The notes beneath the pieces are model-generated. The model worked only from the letters and a program-made list of their open reading frames with translations. It searched no databases and was not told the origin of the DNA. DNA of 33,778 nucleotides from the NCBI GenBank assembly GCA_012800145.1, contig JAAZJW010000307.1:1-33778 (forward strand), written 5' to 3'. Both the position numbers and the translations under genes were made by a program. The DNA is from Clostridiales bacterium (lineage in GTDB: Bacteria > Bacillota > Clostridia > Peptostreptococcales > Natronincolaceae). Each line of letters starts with the position of its first letter. Positions within the stretch are counted from its first letter, which is position 1. Below are positions 9,383 through 18,186 of the stretch, piece by piece.

Positions 9383-9428
9383 AATAATAAAAAATGTCAC
9401 AAAAATACCCTGAATTTCATGACATTTT
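9383..9428 (-). terminator. Possible terminator after thiN
   Basis: AAAAAATGTCA (9389-9399) pairs perfectly with TGACATTTTTT (9420-9430) around a 20-nt loop, followed by T-rich sequence on the minus strand. The stem is AT-rich and the loop is long. Confidence 0.4.
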
Positions 9429-10070
9429 TTATTCTTCAGAACAAACCTTAGTGACTAGCAAGGTCCCATTTTTAATTGATATGACAACTTCTTCGGCTAC
9501 AGATTTGTTGCTGATCCCTAAAGAGCTGCCCATTTCAATATTATAATCAACCAGGGAATACTTCAGGCCCTTGAGGGTAACCCCTTCCGCATTTCCCCCG
9601 ATAGGTATGATTGAAACAGTTTGCCCTATTTGACACCTCATCCTTAAAACATCCCTTGTTATGGCAACATAATTCAACTCGTCAACAACTGCCCCATCTA
9701 CACCTTTTTTATATATTTTATATAACAGCATTATATTGCTCAAACTATGATCCAAACGTGAACCCATGGCACCTATAATAGTTATTTTTTTGGGATTTCG
9801 TTTCAGGGCAAATTCCACAGCTAGTTCCGTATCTGTCATATCCTTTTCCCTGGGAAACTGCCGGATTTCTATATTATTTCTTTTTGCCCATCTCAGGGTT
9901 TTTTCATCAATAGAGTCAAAATCGCCTACCAATAAATCCGGATACATGTTTAGATGCATAAGATATTTAGCCGCACCGTCCGCACAAATAATAAGGTTGC
10001 TATTTTCAATCACAGATCGTAAAAAAGCCATATCTTCAATATATCCGTTGGCCACTATTGTTATCTCCAT
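9429..10070 (-). CDS. thiN: Thiamine pyrophosphokinase
   Basis: 'ICADGAA', 'LVGDFDSI' and 'DHSLSN' TPK motifs. ATG at 10070 follows the rpe stop (10078-10080) and AAAGGA. The ORF-track start at 10100 would overlap rpe. Confidence 0.85.
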   Translation of the reverse strand: MEITIVANGYIEDMAFLRSVIENSNLIICADGAAKYLMHLNMYPDLLVGDFDSIDEKTLRWAKRNNIEIRQFPREKDMTDTELAVEFALKRNPKKITIIGAMGSRLDHSLSNIMLLYKIYKKGVDGAVVDELNYVAITRDVLRMRCQIGQTVSIIPIGGNAEGVTLKGLKYSLVDYNIEMGSSLGISNKSVAEEVVISIKNGTLLVTKVCSEE

Positions 10071-10077
10071 GTTATTT

Positions 10078-10740
10078 TCATCCTTTAGCCCTTTCAGCAT
10101 TTTCTCTAAACTGCTTTATGGCGCCTTCGATGTTTCCACTGTTGAATATGGCGGAACCGGCAACGATTATATTGGCACCTGCTTCAACAATTTCTCCCAC
10201 ATTATCCGTTTTAATGCCACCGTCTACCTGAATGTCTATACCCAGCCCCCTATCGTCTATCATTTTTTTCAATGCCCTTATTTTAGCTAAACCGGATTTT
10301 ATAAAATCCTGTCCCCCGAAGCCGGGATTGACGGTCATTAAAAGCACCATATCCAGGTCTTCCAGTACATATTCCAATGCGCATAGGGGTGTGGCGGGAT
10401 TTAGTGCAACAGCTGCCTTTACATTATGATCCTTTATAAATTGTATGGTTCTGTGTAAATGAGTGCAGGCCTCGCTATGAACGGATATAATATGAGCACC
10501 TGCTTTTACAAACTGTGGAATATATTTATCGGGATTTTCTATCATCAGGTGTACATCAAAGAGCAGATCGGTCTTCCCTTTTAAACTTTCTATTACGAGG
10601 GGGCCTATTGTAATATTGGGTACAAAATGTCCGTCCATTACATCTATATGAAGCATGTCGCACCCTGCCTTCTCAACCGTTTTTATATCCTCTAATAAAT
10701 TGGAAAAATCTGCTGATAATATGGATGGAGCTAATTTCAT
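10078..10740 (-). CDS. rpe: Ribulose-phosphate 3-epimerase
   Basis: 'MKLAPSILSADF', 'HIDVMDGHFVPN', 'MTVNPGFGGQ' and 'VDGG' motifs. ATG at 10740 lies 10 nt after AGGAGG (10751-10756) and downstream of the rsgA stop. Confidence 0.95.
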   Translation of the reverse strand: MKLAPSILSADFSNLLEDIKTVEKAGCDMLHIDVMDGHFVPNITIGPLVIESLKGKTDLLFDVHLMIENPDKYIPQFVKAGAHIISVHSEACTHLHRTIQFIKDHNVKAAVALNPATPLCALEYVLEDLDMVLLMTVNPGFGGQDFIKSGLAKIRALKKMIDDRGLGIDIQVDGGIKTDNVGEIVEAGANIIVAGSAIFNSGNIEGAIKQFRENAERAKG

Positions 10741-10744
10741 TATT

Positions 10745-11623
10745 TTAATACCTCCTACTTTTACCGATTTCATCAATTAGTTGAACATAGCTATCATACC
10801 TTTGTTGTGAAATTCCTCCTGATTTTACAGCTCCCTTAACCCCGCAATTAGGTTCATTTATATGTCTGCAAGAATTAAATTTACAGGCATCTATAAAAGG
10901 CAAAAATTCCGGAAAGTAATAATGCAGATCTCCCTCATCTATAAAATCAATAGCCAGGGAACTAAAACCCGGGGTATCCAAAACCCAACTATTTTCCCCA
11001 ATGCCTATAAGCTCCGCATGTCTTGTAATATGTCTCCCCCTTCCGGTTTTTGGGCTCACTTCCCCTGTTTTTAATTGTAAATCAGGAAAAATGTGATTTA
11101 GGAGGGTGGATTTACCGACTCCGGATGGCCCGGCGAACACTGTGGTTTTATTTTTAAGCTCCTTACTCAGGTCGTCTATGCCCCTGCCCTGCACACTACT
11201 GGTTAATATTGTATTATAGCTGATAGCGATATATAGATCGATCATTTCTCGGTACTCTTTTTCATCCAACAAATCAATTTTGTTGAAACAAATAATTATT
11301 TTTAATTTTTGGCTCTCTGCCAAAACTAAGAACCTGTCTAAAAGGAAAAAATGAGGCTCCGGCTGAGCTACAGCAAATGTAACTATAACCTGATCCACGT
11401 TGGAAACGGGGGGCCTGGTTAGCTCATTACGTCTGGCTTCTATTTCTTCGATAACACCCTTTTTGTTTTCATAATCTAAAATATCTATTTTAACATAATC
11501 CCCAATTACAGGAACAATATTTTTTTTCCTAAAGAGCCCTCTAGGTTTACATTCAAATATTTCGCTATTTACATCAACATAATAAAACCCACCAATCCCC
11601 TTTATCAACCTGCCCCTTTGCAT
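10745..11623 (-). CDS. rsgA: Ribosome small-subunit biogenesis GTPase RsgA (CpgA/YloQ)
   Basis: Circularly permuted GTPase: 'FNKIDL' (G4) precedes 'GPSGVGKSTLLN' (G1). C-terminal zinc knuckle 'CKFNSCRHINEPNC'. ATG at 11623 lies 7 nt after GAGGAG. Confidence 0.9.
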   Translation of the reverse strand: MQRGRLIKGIGGFYYVDVNSEIFECKPRGLFRKKNIVPVIGDYVKIDILDYENKKGVIEEIEARRNELTRPPVSNVDQVIVTFAVAQPEPHFFLLDRFLVLAESQKLKIIICFNKIDLLDEKEYREMIDLYIAISYNTILTSSVQGRGIDDLSKELKNKTTVFAGPSGVGKSTLLNHIFPDLQLKTGEVSPKTGRGRHITRHAELIGIGENSWVLDTPGFSSLAIDFIDEGDLHYYFPEFLPFIDACKFNSCRHINEPNCGVKGAVKSGGISQQRYDSYVQLIDEIGKSRRY

Positions 11624-11634
11624 CAGACACCTCC

Positions 11635-13614
11635 TCAAAAATTTACCTTTTTTGTTCCTAACAGTTCCCCATTAACATATATATCATATTTTTGCTGTCC
11701 TGTTCCGTTTACAGGTACACTGATATCCTTACCTTCTTTGTCCAGGTCATGCTTTTTGCTATATATTATTTTATTCCCGTCCCCGCCTATTTGTTCAATT
11801 ACGACATCAACCTTGCCACTGTGTTGTGTCAGGGTAAAATCAATTATTGCGGTCGATGTTTTATCCGGATCGGGTTGCTCCTCTTCATTTTGGTCGTATC
11901 CGTCCAGGTCTTCCATTTGATCCGGTGCATCACTGCCCTTGCTAACCACCAGACTGATAACAGTCCCTATATCGACCTCCGTATTTGGCAGAACACTTTG
12001 CTCAATGACACATCCGTTTATATATATATCGCTATGCTTTTCTACGATAGATCCCTCTGCCAAATTTAATCCATTCCGCACTATTATATCTTTGGCCTCT
12101 TCCAGAGATTTCCCAACCAGGCTCGGCATAAATACGGTTTCGGGCTGTTCCAATCCCTTGCTGACTACGTAGTTAACCTTAGTACCTTGTGGTACTTCCT
12201 CCCCATTTTTCGGTTCCTGGCTTATAACAGTCCCTATGGGCAGTTCACTAAACTCTTCTCTGGTTGTTCCTACCTCCAAACCCTTATCTTTCAACAGTTG
12301 TTCAACATTCACAGCATCCTCATAAATTAAATACGGAACTACAGCCAGTTTACCACCCCTGCTGACTGTCACCTTAACCACGGTGTTTTTTCTCACTATC
12401 ATTTCCTCAGGGATATCCTGTTTAATTATTTTATCCTTCGGTACATTGTTGTCATTTGCCATGGTCACGCTCAACCTAAGCCCTATCCGCTCTGCCTCCT
12501 TCTCGGCATCCTGAATATTCCAACCCACAAAATTCGGCATTTCCACATCTTCAACCCTAAAAAAATTAGCTAAATGAAGAATTGCAAACGTAAATAACAA
12601 GGCAGCCACCAGGGCAGCAACAACAGCAGAACCTATTAAAAGTTTGTGTCTTTTATTCTTCCCGCGCGGCCTGTCCCCGGAATTTAAATCATTATTATTT
12701 TCTATCAGTTCTTTTATTTCGTTGACAGTAACAGGAGGTATAACTTGTGTCGGGGAATCTTCTATTTTTAGGGTGTTGTCTATATTGCCCAATTCAATAT
12801 TACTTTTTATTCTATATAAATCTTCTATTAGGTCCGCGGCACTAGCGTACCTTGCCGATTGTTCTTTTTGGGTCAGCTTCATAATTATGGCTTCCAGGTC
12901 CTTTGAAATAGAGGGATTATGTTCAGAAGGCAATTCCGGTTTTTCCTGGATGTGTTTCAAAGCAATTGTAACCGGTGCATCGCCATCAAACGGTAACCTG
13001 CCTGTAGCCATCTCATACATAACAATGCCCAGGGAATATAAATCCGATTTTTCATCGGTATAACCTCCCCTGGCCTGCTCCGGGGCAAAATAATGAACAG
13101 AACCTATTATACTTCCGGTATTGGTAATAGTAGATGATGTTGCCGCCAGGGCAATACCAAAGTCAGTAACTTTGGCTCTTCCATCTTCTGTTATCAAAAT
13201 ATTATGGGGTTTAATATCCCGATGAATAACATGATTAGAATGAGCATGTTTTAATGCTAATGCTATTTGTTTTGTAAGGTCTACTATTTCACCTGTAGAA
13301 AGTTTTCCTTTTTCCTTAATCAACTGTTCTAAGGTTTTGCCTTCCACATATTCCATGACAATATAGTGAATATTGTCCTCTTCACCCACATCATATACAT
13401 TAACTATATTAGGATGGGATAAACTGGCCGCAGCCTGGGACTCTTTTTTAAATTTGTCTAACAGGTTTTTATCACTGATAAATTCCGGCCTTAATACCTT
13501 AATTGCAACATAACGATTTAATAATTGACATTTTGCTTTATATACTAAAGCCATCCCACCTCCGCCTATTTTTTCAACAATTTCATATCTTTTACCTAAT
13601 ACTTTACCAATCAT
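11635..13614 (-). CDS. prkC: Ser/Thr protein kinase PrkC/PknB with three PASTA repeats
   Basis: Hanks kinase motifs ('GGGGMALVYKA', 'HRDIKPHNIL', 'DFGIA', 'APE'). One TM segment ('LLIGSAVVAALVAALLFTFAIL'), then three roughly 65-aa PASTA-like repeats, an acidic linker and a beta-rich C-terminal domain. Confidence 0.95.
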   Translation of the reverse strand: MIGKVLGKRYEIVEKIGGGGMALVYKAKCQLLNRYVAIKVLRPEFISDKNLLDKFKKESQAAASLSHPNIVNVYDVGEEDNIHYIVMEYVEGKTLEQLIKEKGKLSTGEIVDLTKQIALALKHAHSNHVIHRDIKPHNILITEDGRAKVTDFGIALAATSSTITNTGSIIGSVHYFAPEQARGGYTDEKSDLYSLGIVMYEMATGRLPFDGDAPVTIALKHIQEKPELPSEHNPSISKDLEAIIMKLTQKEQSARYASAADLIEDLYRIKSNIELGNIDNTLKIEDSPTQVIPPVTVNEIKELIENNNDLNSGDRPRGKNKRHKLLIGSAVVAALVAALLFTFAILHLANFFRVEDVEMPNFVGWNIQDAEKEAERIGLRLSVTMANDNNVPKDKIIKQDIPEEMIVRKNTVVKVTVSRGGKLAVVPYLIYEDAVNVEQLLKDKGLEVGTTREEFSELPIGTVISQEPKNGEEVPQGTKVNYVVSKGLEQPETVFMPSLVGKSLEEAKDIIVRNGLNLAEGSIVEKHSDIYINGCVIEQSVLPNTEVDIGTVISLVVSKGSDAPDQMEDLDGYDQNEEEQPDPDKTSTAIIDFTLTQHSGKVDVVIEQIGGDGNKIIYSKKHDLDKEGKDISVPVNGTGQQKYDIYVNGELLGTKKVNF

Positions 13615-13618
13615 ATAT

Positions 13619-14368
13619 TCACCTGCTTTCTAAGCTTCCTTCGTCACATTTTGCAACCAAAACAGTAATATTATCATAGCCACCCCTCTTATTTGCCATA
13701 GAAACCAACCTTTCACATACACTATTACTATCTTTTGTTTCAAGTGCAACCTTTTTAATTTCATGTTTATCAACAAAATTACTTAAACCGTCTGTACATA
13801 AAACCAGTATATCTGTAGGCAGAAAACTGGTTGTAAAAATATCAACCTTAATATTTTTGTTTATTCCCAAAGCCCTTGTAACGATATTTTTCCAGGGATA
13901 TTTTACTGCCTCAATTTCGGTAATATTGCCACTTCTGACTAATTCTGCAACTAAGGAATGGTCTGATGTTATTTGTTGTATGTTATCCTTCCTTATAATG
14001 TAGGCCCTGCTATCTCCCACATGGCCTATATAGAGGGTAGAATTGATTTTTAATGCCAGTGTAGCGGTTGTCCCCATTCCATCACAAAACAAATTTTCTT
14101 TGGAATATGCATAGATCCTTTCATTTGCTCTATTAAAGGCCTCATAAATAATTCCTTTGATTAATTGTTCCTCCATGTTAACAGAGATATATTTAATAAT
14201 ATGATTTCCGATATTGTCAACGGCGAGAAAACTGGCGATCTCTCCGGCACTATGGCCACCTAAACCGTCGGCAACAATAAGTAAATCATAATCCCTTTCT
14301 AAAACACAGTAACTATCTTCATTTATGTCCCTAACTCTCCCAATATGTGATATGGCCCCTACATTCAT
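13619..14368 (-). CDS. prpC: PP2C-family Ser/Thr phosphatase (PrpC/Stp)
   Basis: 'RDINEDS', 'VADGLGGH', 'LCTDGLSN' and 'GGYDNITV' PP2C motifs. Lies directly upstream of prkC. Confidence 0.9.
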   Translation of the reverse strand: MNVGAISHIGRVRDINEDSYCVLERDYDLLIVADGLGGHSAGEIASFLAVDNIGNHIIKYISVNMEEQLIKGIIYEAFNRANERIYAYSKENLFCDGMGTTATLALKINSTLYIGHVGDSRAYIIRKDNIQQITSDHSLVAELVRSGNITEIEAVKYPWKNIVTRALGINKNIKVDIFTTSFLPTDILVLCTDGLSNFVDKHEIKKVALETKDSNSVCERLVSMANKRGGYDNITVLVAKCDEGSLESR

Positions 14369-14406
14369 CCTCTCCCCCCCTTGTGCATGTTCCCTTTGTT
14401 TATATT

Positions 14407-14435
14407 ATTTTAATCATTTTTATTGCTTTTGTAAA
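14407..14435 (-). promoter_or_regulatory. Putative internal sigma-A promoter ahead of prpC-prkC
   Basis: Minus strand: TTTACA (14430-14435), 17-nt spacer, TAAAAT (14407-14412), within the 179-bp rsmB-prpC gap. Confidence 0.35.
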
Positions 14436-14547
14436 TATTTTCTCCAAAATTGACATCTTTCGACTTTGATTTATTCATTCGGTTTGATAATTTTTAGTAC
14501 TCATAGAAAAACCCGATAACTTTTTTACATAATTGTCCCTAAATGCC

Positions 14548-15885
14548 TTATTTAACACGTTTTATCTTTGAAATAAAAAATCCGTCAACATTATGTACAT
14601 TAGGATAGAGTTGGATCGTGTTTTTAAAATGCTTACCCGGAACAAAATTTTTATACCTTTCACCAATATCAACTAAAACATAACCCGGATTATAATTTAA
14701 AAATTTCTGTATAACATTTTCGTTTTCCCTAGGATCTATGGTGCAGGTACTATACACTAATTTTCCACCCAGTTTTATATATCTTGATGCATTTTTAAGT
14801 ATATCATATTGCAAGGTTGTAATGGACCTTATATCATCGGGTTGTTTTTGATATTTTATTTCAGGTTTTCTACGAATAACTCCAAGACCCGAGCAAGGCG
14901 CATCTACCAAAACCTTGTCGGCCTTATTCAGCAACTTTTCGTCCAGATCTTTGCCATTAAAGTTTTCCGTTTTAATTATTGTTATACCTAACCTTTCAGC
15001 ATTTTCTTCAACAAACTTCAATTTATGATCGTAAATATCCCTTGCAATTATAACCCCTTTATCGTTCATTAATTGAGCCATATGCATAGTTTTTCCCCCA
15101 GGAGCACTGCACACATCTATCACAAAGTCCCCTTCTTGGGGATCTAATATTTTGGAAACCAACATTGAACTAAAATCCTGTACTTGAATATATCCCTTTC
15201 TATATAAATCAGATTGTTCTATGTTATGTAACCCCCTGATGATAACCGCCTCTTTTATAAACGGATTTTGTTTTATTGCATAGCCCTTATCAATAAGAAA
15301 TTTAATACAATCATTTATATCTATTTTCAATGTATTTATACGTACATATAAATCCGGTTCGGCATTGTTGGCCTTTAGGAGCTCCTCTGTAAATTCCCTG
15401 TCAAAGTTATCCAGGAATACCCTGACCAACCATTCAGGATGTGAGTACCTTATCGATAGATATTTAACGATGTCCTTTTTGGGGTCAGGAAGTTTAATAT
15501 TTTCTTTGTTTCTCTGAATATTCCTTAGGACCCCGTTTATAAACCCTGTGGTTTTCTTGCAGTATTTTTTCGATAAATTTACGGTTTCATTTACAGCCGC
15601 AAAACCCGGTATTTTATCTAAAAAAAGCAACTGATATATCCCAAGCCTCAATAGGTTCAATGTATATGGATTCATTTTTTCTATTTTAAAAGTCGAAAAT
15701 TGCTTTATTACATAGTCTATATAAATCTGATTTTCCAGAACACCATAGACAAGTCCCGTGATTAAATTTTTATCTAACTGTTTATAGGATTTGTCCTTTA
15801 ACTCTTTATTCAAGGCTATATTTGAAAAAGCGTCCTTTTTGTTTATTTGATATAAAACTAATAGCGCTCCTTCCCTTGCGTTCAT
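14548..15885 (-). CDS. rsmB: 16S rRNA (cytosine967-C5)-methyltransferase RsmB (Sun)
   Basis: N-terminal NusB-like domain. 'DVCSAPGGKT' SAM site, 'DAPCSGLGV' and 'YSTCT' catalytic Cys motifs. Downstream of fmt and def. Confidence 0.9.
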   Translation of the reverse strand: MNAREGALLVLYQINKKDAFSNIALNKELKDKSYKQLDKNLITGLVYGVLENQIYIDYVIKQFSTFKIEKMNPYTLNLLRLGIYQLLFLDKIPGFAAVNETVNLSKKYCKKTTGFINGVLRNIQRNKENIKLPDPKKDIVKYLSIRYSHPEWLVRVFLDNFDREFTEELLKANNAEPDLYVRINTLKIDINDCIKFLIDKGYAIKQNPFIKEAVIIRGLHNIEQSDLYRKGYIQVQDFSSMLVSKILDPQEGDFVIDVCSAPGGKTMHMAQLMNDKGVIIARDIYDHKLKFVEENAERLGITIIKTENFNGKDLDEKLLNKADKVLVDAPCSGLGVIRRKPEIKYQKQPDDIRSITTLQYDILKNASRYIKLGGKLVYSTCTIDPRENENVIQKFLNYNPGYVLVDIGERYKNFVPGKHFKNTIQLYPNVHNVDGFFISKIKRVK

Positions 15886-15954
15886 CCATCTCCCTCCCTT
15901 TTTTCTTATACATCGTCAAATAATATTTGTAGTGACCTTGAGGAGGACCCGTCC

Positions 15955-15985
15955 GGAAAAAATAAAAAGGCGTATACACGCCTTT
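15955..15985 (-). terminator. Rho-independent terminator after the zinc metallopeptidase gene
   Basis: Minus strand AAAGGCGT-GTAT-ACGCCTTT, a perfect 8-bp stem with a 4-nt loop, followed by TTATTTTTT. It overlaps the stop codon. Confidence 0.8.
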
Positions 15986-16682
15986 AATTTCTTCTCCTGC
16001 CCCTTATTAGAAGCAACCGGGCAAGTTGTGATATTGCTGTGGCCATGGCCGCTACATAGGTGAGCGCCGCCGCATTCAGCACCTTTCTGGAATGTTCTCG
16101 TTCATCGCTTACGATAAATCCACCCTCATCCAACAACTCTATTGCTCTACTACTTGCATTAAATTCTACAGGAAGTGTAACAATCTGAAACAATACGGCT
16201 GCAGAAAACAATAATATTCCCAAATCCAATAAAGAAGGCATTGACATTATAAGTCCAAAAATGATAAAAATCCAAGCCGCACTTGAACCGAAACTGGCCA
16301 CCGGAAAAATGGCATTCCTGAAGCTAAGAGGAATATATCCATTGGCATGTTGGATCGCATGGCCGGTTTCATGTGCAGCAACACTGATGGATGCTATGGA
16401 ATGTCCATGGTATGTTTCATTAGAGAGACGAACTGCCCTTCTTCTTGGATCATAATGATCACTAAGTTGGCCCCTTGTCATTTCAACCGGAACATCCCTC
16501 ATTCCGTTATTATCCAGTATAAACCGAGCAACCTGGTATCCTGTATACCCCTTTTTGCTATTTACCCTTAAATATTTCATAAAAGTCGACCTCACCCTTG
16601 CTTGAGCATACATAGCAAGTATAATGGATGGGACCAACAAAATCATGGTTGGATCAAAAAATCCAAACCCGAATGGAAACAT
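15984..16682 (-). CDS. Membrane zinc metallopeptidase (Zn_peptidase_2/YugP-like)
   Basis: 'AAHETGHAIQH' HExxH motif flanked by hydrophobic segments; 232 aa. AAGGAGTG SD. Followed by a strong terminator. Confidence 0.85.
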   Translation of the reverse strand: MFPFGFGFFDPTMILLVPSIILAMYAQARVRSTFMKYLRVNSKKGYTGYQVARFILDNNGMRDVPVEMTRGQLSDHYDPRRRAVRLSNETYHGHSIASISVAAHETGHAIQHANGYIPLSFRNAIFPVASFGSSAAWIFIIFGLIMSMPSLLDLGILLFSAAVLFQIVTLPVEFNASSRAIELLDEGGFIVSDEREHSRKVLNAAALTYVAAMATAISQLARLLLIRGRRRN

Positions 16683-16751
16683 ATTATCACTCCTTATACA
16701 AAAAATGTTCTATTGCTGTTTTGGTTACATCAACATCTTCAGTAACCCCTA

Positions 16752-17684
16752 TTATCCACCCAGCATTCTGTTTGCTTCAATATTATTCCCTATTAAATAT
16801 TGATTTACACTCATCCTTTTTCTACCGCTAAACTGTAGTTCCTCTATAGACAAAATGTTCTTCCCTGTAGCTACAAGAACACAATCCTTTTTTACCTCCA
16901 AAATTATACCCGGTTTATAGTCCTTGTTACTGTTAATCACACTGCTCTTCCATATCTTCATGGTCTTTCCATCATATGCAGTATAAGATGTGGGCCATGG
17001 AACTGTGCCCCTAATCAGGTTTTTAATCTCCCGGGCTGATTTGTTCCAATCTATTCTGCCGTGTTCCTTGGTAAGCATGGGAGCATAAGAGGCTTCTTCA
17101 TGGTTTTGCGGAGTCGGCTGTATTTTTCCGGCCTCTATCAGATCTATTGTTTCATCCAGAACTTCGGCACCAAGATCCATCAAACGGTCATGGAGCTCCC
17201 CTGCAGTCTCATCCTCATATATTTTAATTTCTTTCCTTAACAATATATCTCCCGTATCCAACCCGGTATCCATATATATTGTAGTAATGCCGGTGCTCCC
17301 CTCCCCATTAATAATAACCCAATTAATAGGTGCCGCGCCACGATATTTTGGCAACAGAGAAGCATGGACATTAACACAACCATGTTCGGGAATTCGTAAG
17401 ATTTCCTCGGGTAAAATTTGTCCATAGGCCACAACCACAATAATATCAGGATCCAATTTCTCTATGTTTTCGAATACCTCTACATTTTCTAAAGTATCCG
17501 GCTGGAATATGGGGATGTTGTAGCTGAGTGCCTTCTCTTTTATAGGAGTTATATTTATTTTCCTGCCCCTCCCACTCGGTCTGTCCGGCTGGGTAAAAAC
17601 ACCTATTACTTCATGCCTGCCATTTACTAGAGTTTCCAAACAAGGAACAGCAAATTGTGGGGTTCCCATATAAACTATCTTCAC
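16752..17684 (-). CDS. fmt: Methionyl-tRNA formyltransferase
   Basis: 'KIVYMGTPQFAV' and 'HASLLPKYRGAAPI' motifs. GTG start at 17684 follows GGTGA and the def stop. Confidence 0.95.
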   Translation of the reverse strand: MKIVYMGTPQFAVPCLETLVNGRHEVIGVFTQPDRPSGRGRKINITPIKEKALSYNIPIFQPDTLENVEVFENIEKLDPDIIVVVAYGQILPEEILRIPEHGCVNVHASLLPKYRGAAPINWVIINGEGSTGITTIYMDTGLDTGDILLRKEIKIYEDETAGELHDRLMDLGAEVLDETIDLIEAGKIQPTPQNHEEASYAPMLTKEHGRIDWNKSAREIKNLIRGTVPWPTSYTAYDGKTMKIWKSSVINSNKDYKPGIILEVKKDCVLVATGKNILSIEELQFSGRKRMSVNQYLIGNNIEANRMLGG

Positions 17685-17694
17685 GAAATCACCA

Positions 17695-18168
17695 CTATTC
17701 TTCTTTAATTTTGTTCTTTTTAATTTTGTCTCCTTCGGCTCTGTCTATAAACAATATTCCGTTTAAATGGTCCACCTCATGACAAAATGCCCTGGCCAAA
17801 AGTTCTTCGCCCTCAAGAATAATTTCTTTACCTTCGCGGTTTAAACCTTTTATTTTGACTACACTCGGTCTTATAACTTCCCCGGTAACCCCGGGTATGC
17901 TAAGACAACCTTCCTCTCCACACTGGCTGCCTTCTTGGAATATTATTTCCGGATTTATTAATTCAATCAGGCCTTCCCCTACATCTATAATTATTACCCT
18001 CCTTAAAACCCCAACCTGTGGCGCCGCCAATCCTGCCCCTTCTGCATCGTGCATTGTTTCTTTCATATCATCCAACAGGGTAATAATTCTGTCATCAATT
18101 TTATCTACTACCCTGGAGACCTTTCTTAATATAGGGTCCCCCTCTTTGCGGATAATTCTGATCGCCAT
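17695..18168 (-). CDS. def: Peptide deformylase
   Basis: '[10 protein letters not shown]', 'EGCLSIPG' and 'HEVDHLNG' are the three deformylase motifs. AGGAGG SD. Confidence 0.95.
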   Translation of the reverse strand: MAIRIIRKEGDPILRKVSRVVDKIDDRIITLLDDMKETMHDAEGAGLAAPQVGVLRRVIIIDVGEGLIELINPEIIFQEGSQCGEEGCLSIPGVTGEVIRPSVVKIKGLNREGKEIILEGEELLARAFCHEVDHLNGILFIDRAEGDKIKKNKIKEE

Positions 18169-18186
18169 AACTGCCTGCCTCCTAAA

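Noticed and set aside
9766-10290. 174-aa plus-strand ORF spanning the thiN/rpe junction on the opposite strand
   Set aside because: It crosses two confirmed minus-strand genes. The sequence is Ser/Phe/Ile-rich junk with no SD.
11635-11950. Extra C-terminal domain of PrkC after the third PASTA repeat (acidic linker plus beta-rich module)
   Set aside because: B. subtilis PrkC also ends in an Ig-like domain after its PASTA repeats, so this is expected architecture rather than a novelty.
14450-14478. Plus-strand TTGACA-17-ATTCAT promoter-like match pointing antisense into the rsmB 3' end
   Set aside because: The -10 hexamer is poor, lacking the conserved T1 and A2. Nothing recognisable lies downstream on that strand.
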